Program-made: the position numbers and the translations under genes
NCBI GenBank assembly: GCA_964519305.1
Contig: CAZFHY010000004.1
Coordinates: 64,001 to 128,000 of the forward strand
Reading direction: 5' to 3'
From: Candidatus Undinarchaeota archaeon
Lineage (GTDB): Archaea; SpSt-1190; JASMDC01
Length of the DNA stretch: 64,000 nt
Shown here: positions 57,748-64,000 of the stretch, in pieces
How the letters are laid out: every line of letters starts with the position of its first letter
Position numbering within the stretch: position 1 is the stretch's first letter
The notes under the pieces: generated by a model
What the model was told of the DNA's origin: nothing
Seen by the model: only the letters and a program-made list of their open reading frames with translations
Databases searched by the model: none

Positions 57748-58743
57748 CTACTCTTTCGTGCGCTTCAACCGCTTTCCGCAGAACCTGCAGAACTTCGCCC
57801 AGTGAGGGTTGTCCTCGCAGCAGTTGGGCTTAACGGCGATCTGGTGGCCGCATACAGGGCAGTAGTCAGCGGTTATGTCGATCCGATCATACCCGCATTT
57901 TTCATTTGTACATCGCTGAGCGCGCTTGTGCACCATCTGCTCGATGAAGATGGCTCCGAACACACCACCGAAAACGCACACGATGCCGATGCGCAGGAAG
58001 ATCACCATGAAGCCGGCGATGAGCTGGCCTATTGACGTGACCGGCTGGACCGGGGAGCCCACCTGTGCTACGGTGTAGAGGGACCAGAGGAAGGCGTGAG
58101 GGATGTTCTCAAAGGTCCCTGACTTCTCCTCCACCGAGTATAAAATTGAGGAGGAGGCCAGGAGCACCACGAACACCAGGAATCCCAGCAGCTGGAACAC
58201 CCGGTAGCGCTTGAAGAACACCATGCCCAGTGACTCCAGGGCCAGAGAGTAGCGGGCGAGCTTGAAAACCCTAAACACCCGGAACATACGCAACACCCGA
58301 AGAGGCCGGAGATCGATCATCCCCGTTCCCGTGAACATCCGAAAGAGATAGAAGGGGGCGATGGCCAGCAGATCTATCAGGGGCATGGGACGGAACATGA
58401 AGGTAACCTTCTCCTTGAGCACGAACAGCAGGGTCCGCTCCTCGGTCCCTTTGCTCACATTGAGGTCGCACAGCCACAACCGGAGCAGATACTCCACGGT
58501 GAAGAGGGCAACGATGATGATCTCCGAGTTCGTGAAGTACCACTCGTATCGCTCGTGGATGTGGTTGAAACTTTCGAGGATTATGGAGACGATGGACACG
58601 GCGATGAGAGCGATGATGACGAGGTCGAAGGCCTTCCCCGTGGGAGTGTCGGTCTCGAATATGATGTTGTACAACCGCTCACGGGGCGTGCGTGGCGCCT
58701 CCTTCTCGACCATTATGCCCCTGGGAGAGTCATCGTCCACCAT
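57748..58743 (-). CDS. voltage-gated ion channel (Kv-like 6TM) with degenerate filter and C-terminal double zinc ribbon
   Basis: LFTVEYLLRLW, IDLLAIAPFY, S4 RPLRVLRMFRVFRVFKLARY, pore region WSLYTVAQVGSP, and YCPVCG / FCRFCG. Confidence 0.85.
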   Translation of the reverse strand: MVDDDSPRGIMVEKEAPRTPRERLYNIIFETDTPTGKAFDLVIIALIAVSIVSIILESFNHIHERYEWYFTNSEIIIVALFTVEYLLRLWLCDLNVSKGTEERTLLFVLKEKVTFMFRPMPLIDLLAIAPFYLFRMFTGTGMIDLRPLRVLRMFRVFRVFKLARYSLALESLGMVFFKRYRVFQLLGFLVFVVLLASSSILYSVEEKSGTFENIPHAFLWSLYTVAQVGSPVQPVTSIGQLIAGFMVIFLRIGIVCVFGGVFGAIFIEQMVHKRAQRCTNEKCGYDRIDITADYCPVCGHQIAVKPNCCEDNPHWAKFCRFCGKRLKRTKE

Positions 58744-58752
58744 GTTCGCACC

Positions 58753-59430
58753 TCACGTGAACAGCCCGGGAACGAGCTCCTGTAGCCCGCCCAGGGTCAT
58801 CTGGAGCCCGATGCAGCAGATGAGCACAGCGACGAACCGGGAGATGAACTCCAGCTTGTGAAGGTCGAAGGTCGCTTCAGTGAAGGCCTTGGTCTTCCCC
58901 AGGGTCAGTCCGATGACGAACCCGCCCTTGCGGTCCTTCTTGTGACTGCTGGCCGTTGCGAAACGTGTAGCAATGTACATCACGACGAAGAGCACCGCCA
59001 GTGCAGCAAAAGTGTATCCAAGGACCGTGGTGCGACCGATGGCGGGATCGGCCACCTGTGTCAGGAGCACGGTGATGAACCCGGGACCTGTGGAGAGAGG
59101 GAAGGCAAGCATCGTCGACAGTGTCTCCACACCCTCGGCCTTCGTGTCCAGTACGCGCTTCGAACCCTTGGTCGCCACGTTGAAGCCCAGGTAGAATACG
59201 AGGATCCCACCTACGGTCCGGAGGGTCGGGAGCTTCACGTGGAAGAGCTCCAGCAGGAGGGGACCGGTGACGATGAAGAAGAGCGAGATGAGCACACATG
59301 AGATGGCTGTTATGTGCAGCAGACGTCCCATGTCCTTCTTGGACAGGTCCTTGCCCAGGAACAGCATGACAAAGAACTTGTCCAGGGGATTGATGATGAC
59401 CAGTAGCTCGAGCAACTGGGCAGGGATCAT
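58753..59430 (-). CDS. MarC family membrane protein
   Basis: IINPL, LLELF.V, GGIL, LAFPLSTGPG and ISRFVAVL...IGLQM. Confidence 0.88.
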   Translation of the reverse strand: MIPAQLLELLVIINPLDKFFVMLFLGKDLSKKDMGRLLHITAISCVLISLFFIVTGPLLLELFHVKLPTLRTVGGILVFYLGFNVATKGSKRVLDTKAEGVETLSTMLAFPLSTGPGFITVLLTQVADPAIGRTTVLGYTFAALAVLFVVMYIATRFATASSHKKDRKGGFVIGLTLGKTKAFTEATFDLHKLEFISRFVAVLICCIGLQMTLGGLQELVPGLFT

Positions 59431-59570
59431 GAGGGAGGGCTCGGGCGTTCAGACTTATAAAGCCTGACGTGGGGCTCGATGCGAGACCTCACGAGTAAAT
59501 ACCATACATTTTTGTTATATACTTCGACATATTCACAACTCTTAAATATCATTAACTTGACATTTTTGTC

Positions 59571-61766
59571 ATGTCACCCCCCAAGGAACGCTCATCATCA
59601 AAGAACGAGAAGGCCATGCTGCGGGTGGTGTCCGGAGGCACCTCCGGCGAGCTCCAGGACTTCAAGCCAAGTCGCATCAAGGCATCCCTAATGACGGAGG
59701 TGGGTCTCGATGAAGAGACCGCCCATCGCATCGCGTTCAATGTATCGCGCACACTTCACAAGCGTGCTGACCAGGACGGGGAGGGCGTTTTCAACGTCGA
59801 GGAGGTCAGGTCGCTCGTCAACACCCAACTGTGGAAAATGGGTCTCCAGGACGAGGCCCGTAACTACACACGCCTAGGGCTGTCGGTGTTCGACATCCAG
59901 CGCCTCCTGGACGGGAGCCACGACTGGTTCCAGGAGAACGGTAACCTCACACCTGACGTGAACACGGTGCAGAAGTTCATGAGCGATATGCTCCTAAAAG
60001 AGTACACCCTGAAATATCTCATCCCCCAGCGTATAGGTGACGAGCACGCTCTCGCGCACCTGGACGGACGCATCCATATCCACGACCTCGACTACTTCAT
60101 GCTCCGCCCCTACTGCTCCAACCTCGATCTCCGACTCCTCCTCCGGAAGGGATTCGCCGTCCCTGCTGGTGGTGCGGTCTCCAAGCCCCCCAAGCACCTT
60201 GGTGTGGCAGCAGTGGCCGCCGCTAACTTCCTGGCCATCATGCAGACACAGATGGCCGGCGGTGTTGGCTATTCTTACTGGAACATGTTCCTTGCGCCGT
60301 TCCTGGCACGCAGTGACGCCCGTGATAAGTACCGTGCAGCACGCCAGGCGGTCCAGACCTTCATCTTCCAGGTGGGTCAGCTCTGGGGTGCCTACCGCGG
60401 CTCCCAGCTCATCTTCGCCGATATCGACTTCGTCTCCAACATACCACGCATCTGGCAGGACGTGCCGGCCGTTCTGCCCGGAGGCCACGTATCGGACGGG
60501 CTCACCTATGGCGACTTCGAGGAGGAGGCGCGCATCCTCATGCGTGCAGCGCTCCACGAATACTATGACGGCGACGGTTCAGGGGCGCCCTTCAAGTTCC
60601 CCAAGCCCGCATTCAAGATCACGGAGAGAACGCTCAAGGACGATCTCCTGGACGACATCGCCCGCACCATCGCCCAGAACGGCACTCCCTACCTCGCCAA
60701 CGGCGTGCAGTATGATCTGGAGAACAAGTGCATCCAGTGCTGTCGATACGTGACGGACTTCGATGAGTCGGTCATCCAGCAGGGCCATTACCTCCGCCTG
60801 GGGGCGCTCCAGGTGGTCTCCCTCAACTTCCCCAACGCGGCCCTTCTGGCCAAGGGCGATGACGATAAACTGGTGGAACAGCTCACCTCCCGTGTGGACC
60901 TCGCGCGGGACATCTTCACGACCAAGGCAGAGATCATCAAGAACAAGATCGATAGTGGCATGCTTCCGATCCTGGGACGGACGGTGTACCCTGACGCCAC
61001 CGGCGGCTATATCGCTGACAAGAAACGGGACGGTGAACCGCTCTGGAACATCGACCGCCTTGACCGCATCGTGGGCGTTGTCGGTCTCAACGAGTGCCTC
61101 AAGCTCCACACCGACGAGGAGCTGCACGAGAGCGATGATGCCTGGCGGACCGGGCTCAAGCTCGTGCAACAGGTGAGCGACTACTGCAAGGAGGTCCGGG
61201 AAGAGACTGGCGAGCGCATCATCTTCGGCCAGACCCCCGCGGAGTCCGCTGCAGGACGCCTTGCGATGATCGACGCTCGTAACCATCCGAACGCCATATC
61301 CCAGGGGACGGGAGATGCCAAGTACTACACTAACTCCACCTTCGTGCGCCAGGGGGCCGATGTCCCCCTCCCCCGGAAGGTCCAGATCGAGTCGGCGTTC
61401 CATCCCATGGAGCAGGCAGAGACCATGCTCCACATATGGCTCGGAGAGGCCCACCCCGATCCCGAGGGCATCAAGACGCTCATCGAGAAGACGGTGCGCA
61501 ACACGCTAGCGGCCGTGTTCTCGTTCACCAAGGACTTCGCCATATGCATGAGCTGCAACCGCCACTATCCTGTGGTCGCACCGGAGGACCTCAGGTCGCT
61601 CGTGTGCTCATGTGGAAGCCACCGGTTCGATGTGGTGTCGCGGGTGACCGGGTACTACTCATCCATCGGCGTGTTCGACCGCGGGCAGCTCGTGACCCAG
61701 AACTGGAACAACGGGAAGGTGGCGGAGTGGCACGAGCGTCTCCACTACGGCCTGGCGTCCCCGTGA
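59571..61766 (+). CDS. nrdD: anaerobic (class III) ribonucleoside-triphosphate reductase with ATP cone
   Basis: ATP cone, H..G.IHIHDLD, RPYC, FPKP, QCCR, TPAES, YYTNS, Zn ribbon and glycyl-radical motif SRVTGYY. Confidence 0.95.
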   Translation: MSPPKERSSSKNEKAMLRVVSGGTSGELQDFKPSRIKASLMTEVGLDEETAHRIAFNVSRTLHKRADQDGEGVFNVEEVRSLVNTQLWKMGLQDEARNYTRLGLSVFDIQRLLDGSHDWFQENGNLTPDVNTVQKFMSDMLLKEYTLKYLIPQRIGDEHALAHLDGRIHIHDLDYFMLRPYCSNLDLRLLLRKGFAVPAGGAVSKPPKHLGVAAVAAANFLAIMQTQMAGGVGYSYWNMFLAPFLARSDARDKYRAARQAVQTFIFQVGQLWGAYRGSQLIFADIDFVSNIPRIWQDVPAVLPGGHVSDGLTYGDFEEEARILMRAALHEYYDGDGSGAPFKFPKPAFKITERTLKDDLLDDIARTIAQNGTPYLANGVQYDLENKCIQCCRYVTDFDESVIQQGHYLRLGALQVVSLNFPNAALLAKGDDDKLVEQLTSRVDLARDIFTTKAEIIKNKIDSGMLPILGRTVYPDATGGYIADKKRDGEPLWNIDRLDRIVGVVGLNECLKLHTDEELHESDDAWRTGLKLVQQVSDYCKEVREETGERIIFGQTPAESAAGRLAMIDARNHPNAISQGTGDAKYYTNSTFVRQGADVPLPRKVQIESAFHPMEQAETMLHIWLGEAHPDPEGIKTLIEKTVRNTLAAVFSFTKDFAICMSCNRHYPVVAPEDLRSLVCSCGSHRFDVVSRVTGYYSSIGVFDRGQLVTQNWNNGKVAEWHERLHYGLASP

Positions 61767-61779
61767 AATGTAAAGCCAC

Positions 61780-62077
61780 GTGAACTACCCCTCGCGTAGT
61801 AGAGGGGCTTCCCGCTTCGACGCTGTTCCCAGCTCCACGGGCGCATCGGGTGGTCCCCACCCGGATCGATCCTGAATGATGATCGCTGCGTTCAGGTCGC
61901 GGTCTATCGTTAGCTCGCTGTTCCAGCAGCTACGTACTCGAGCCGATAATCCTTCTTAACTAGCATGCCGCACCGGCTGCATATCTGAGTGGTGTTCTTC
62001 GAATCAACCAGTACTACCTTCCCACCAGCCTCTTCCGCTTTGTAGGTCGTGTACTGGAGGAGTTGGTTCCAGGAACA
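61780..62077 (-). mobile_element. tnpB: IS200/IS605-family tnpB 3' remnant (frameshifted) with right end and putative omega-RNA region
   Basis: SWNQLLQYTTYKAEEAG..V..VD..NTTQICSRCG, a frameshift near 61948, then IDRDLNAA (RuvC-III). Right end reads GAAGCCCCTC..GAGGGGTAGTTCAC. Confidence 0.88.
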
Positions 62078-62321
62078 ATAACAAGGGACTTTGCATTGGC
62101 CGGACCTAAGTCTGCAGGATGTGATTGCTGGTTTTAGTACAATAATCGTCCTTGGTTATGACCCCCAATAGATAATTGGCCGTTCATCATTATTTATCAG
62201 AGGGAGGTGGCGTACCGGTACTCGTCCGGCAAGTAACTTTCAGGTCCATCCCCACCCTCTCGAAAGGTGACTTCCCGCCGAAACAAAAAAGAGTTAAAGG
62301 GTGGCCCGTTCACGGGGGACC

Positions 62322-62681
62322 ATGGGAGATGAGGAGTCAGTGCAGGAGGGTGCATGGCCCGAGAGCGTGCCAGACCTCACCGAAGATAGCTTCGAATCGT
62401 TCATCACGAAGTATGACAAGGTCGTCGTCGACTGCTGGGCTGAGTGGTGCGGGCCCTGCAAGATGATGGGTCCCGTGATCGACAAGATGGCCGAGGACCA
62501 CAAGGGCAGCATCGCTTTCGCCAAGCTCAACGTGGACAAGAACAGCTCGGTGTCCACCAAGTACGCCATCATGGCGATCCCTGCGTTCCTGGTGTTCAAG
62601 AACGGCGAGTTCGTCAACAGCATCGTGGGGGCGCTCCCCCAGGCCTCGATGGAGGCTAAGCTGGACAAGCTGTTCGGGTGA
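62322..62681 (+). CDS. trxA: thioredoxin
   Basis: DCWAEWCGPCK, AKLNVD, IP and FKNG. Confidence 0.95.
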   Translation: MGDEESVQEGAWPESVPDLTEDSFESFITKYDKVVVDCWAEWCGPCKMMGPVIDKMAEDHKGSIAFAKLNVDKNSSVSTKYAIMAIPAFLVFKNGEFVNSIVGALPQASMEAKLDKLFG

Positions 62682-62869
62682 TCCCTTTGTCCGTCTCGGT
62701 CGATAAGGACGTCTGTATAGGCTGTGGCCTCTGCACCAGTGTGTGCGAAGAGGTCTTCGAGCTAGGCGACGACGGGAAGTCCCAGGTCATCGATGGGGCC
62801 GACACGTCACTATCATGTGTCGAGGACGCTGCGGACCAGTGTCCAGCTTCCGCTATTACCGTTGAATAG
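62678..62869 (+). CDS. single-cluster ferredoxin (4Fe-4S/3Fe-4S)
   Basis: CIGCGLC..VCEEVF...AADQCPASAI. Confidence 0.92.
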   Translation: MIPLSVSVDKDVCIGCGLCTSVCEEVFELGDDGKSQVIDGADTSLSCVEDAADQCPASAITVE

Positions 62870-62890
62870 CGGTCTGGCACACCCGCGAGC

Positions 62891-64000
62891 CTAGATGTCG
62901 TAGCTGACGTCCCGCTCCTGGATGGCCACGTCCACGGTGTCACCGTAGTTAGCGGCCAGCCGCTCGTGGAACGCCTCGAGCTGGTCAGGATCACCGTGCA
63001 CGAGGTGGACGTTGGGTGTCTGCCCGTACTCCTTCGAAACGAAGTCCGCATACGTGTCCACGCGCTCGTCCAGGTCGGACATGTCCGCATGCCCGCTGTA
63101 CAGGCCGTTGAGGGCCGCGGTCTCACTGTGCACGGGGTAGGTGCCCCTGATGTACTGCATGTCCTGGTTAGGCCCATCGCCCACGGGCTTGTTGAACCTG
63201 AGCGAGACAGTGTCCTCCCCGTCGAGGAGGGAGCGTCCGGGGGTTCCGTCGCCCTGGTAGCCGACCGTTATGACGGTGGCCGACGGGTCCATGAGCACCC
63301 GTGACGCATAGAAGGGGGACTTCCCTCCCGTGATCATGCCCGATGCCGCCAGGACGATCTTCACATCGTCCCTGGGCGGACCGTTCCTGTCGTCGATGTC
63401 GCGCGCCAGGTAGATATTGGGTGAGTCGAAGATATGCTTCATACCGAAGCGCTTGAGGTCCGCGTTCGTCTTGTCACTGTACTCCTCGCGGTGCTTGCTG
63501 TAGATCTCGGTGGCAGCCTCTCCCAGGGACGAGTCGATGACGAGCGATACATCCTTGGGGATCTGGCCTTCCTTCTGAAGTCGGATGATGTCCCAAGCGA
63601 CCTCTTGGAGCCGGTCCACTGAGAACACCGGAATGAGAACGTGACCCTTCTCGGCACCCAGAGGGTAGTCACCGCGTCCCGAAAGAAGGTCCTTGCTGAC
63701 CTCCAACTGGTCATTGAGCGCATCGGGACCGTATTCTTTTATGATCGCCCGTCGCTCCCGACCTCCGCGAGCATGGCGGAGCTTCTCCTCCATCTCGGCG
63801 AGGCGGGCCTCGACGTGCTTCTGATGCCCTTTTAGGACGCTCCTGCGTCCGCTGGTGTCCTGGGCATTCTGGTAAGCGGAGTTGAGGACGTCTGCGAGCT
63901 TGGACGTGTCCGACTTGTCCTGGTGCTCGCGGGCGCCGTATGTCGATTCGATGAGCATGATGTTCTCGGTGACATCCTTATGGATCCCGACATCCTCGGG
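62891..64000 (-). CDS. beta-CASP metallo-beta-lactamase ribonuclease (5'-partial)
   Basis: IESTYG, LIPVFSVDRLQE, ASGMITGG, VGYQ..GTPG, SGHAD and LVHGD; the frame stays open to the window end. Confidence 0.88.
   Translation of the reverse strand, partial: PEDVGIHKDVTENIMLIESTYGAREHQDKSDTSKLADVLNSAYQNAQDTSGRRSVLKGHQKHVEARLAEMEEKLRHARGGRERRAIIKEYGPDALNDQLEVSKDLLSGRGDYPLGAEKGHVLIPVFSVDRLQEVAWDIIRLQKEGQIPKDVSLVIDSSLGEAATEIYSKHREEYSDKTNADLKRFGMKHIFDSPNIYLARDIDDRNGPPRDDVKIVLAASGMITGGKSPFYASRVLMDPSATVITVGYQGDGTPGRSLLDGEDTVSLRFNKPVGDGPNQDMQYIRGTYPVHSETAALNGLYSGHADMSDLDERVDTYADFVSKEYGQTPNVHLVHGDPDQLEAFHERLAANYGDTVDVAIQERDVSYDI

Overview
High-GC archaeal chromosomal segment. The domain call rests on archaeal-type Lhr, FEN1, EF-1beta, RFC small subunit, AspRS, geranylgeranyl reductases, TrmB and an ADP-dependent sugar kinase, plus TATA-like boxes about 30 nt upstream of start codons. 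The lineage cannot be fixed from the sequence alone. The window holds about 60 CDSs, one tRNA-Gly(CCC) and one IS200/IS605 tnpB remnant that keeps its right end. I saw no CRISPR array, rRNA or provirus. The most unusual elements: (1) a 2468-aa Cys-rich single-pass surface protein with about 30 tandem 4-Cys repeats, CCGDD repeats and a cytoplasmic domain resembling the adaptin/coatomer appendage; (2) a 9-gene operon joining HdrC/HdrB-like subunits, two paralogous Cys-bearing membrane proteins, a microprotein and NapG/NapH-like ferredoxins, a candidate uncharacterised membrane redox complex; (3) a NodU/CmcH carbamoyltransferase with an internal PqqD/RRE-like insertion; (4) a voltage-gated channel with a non-canonical filter and zinc ribbons; (5) tandem 58-aa paralogous microproteins. 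All family calls come from motifs read by eye, not from database searches.
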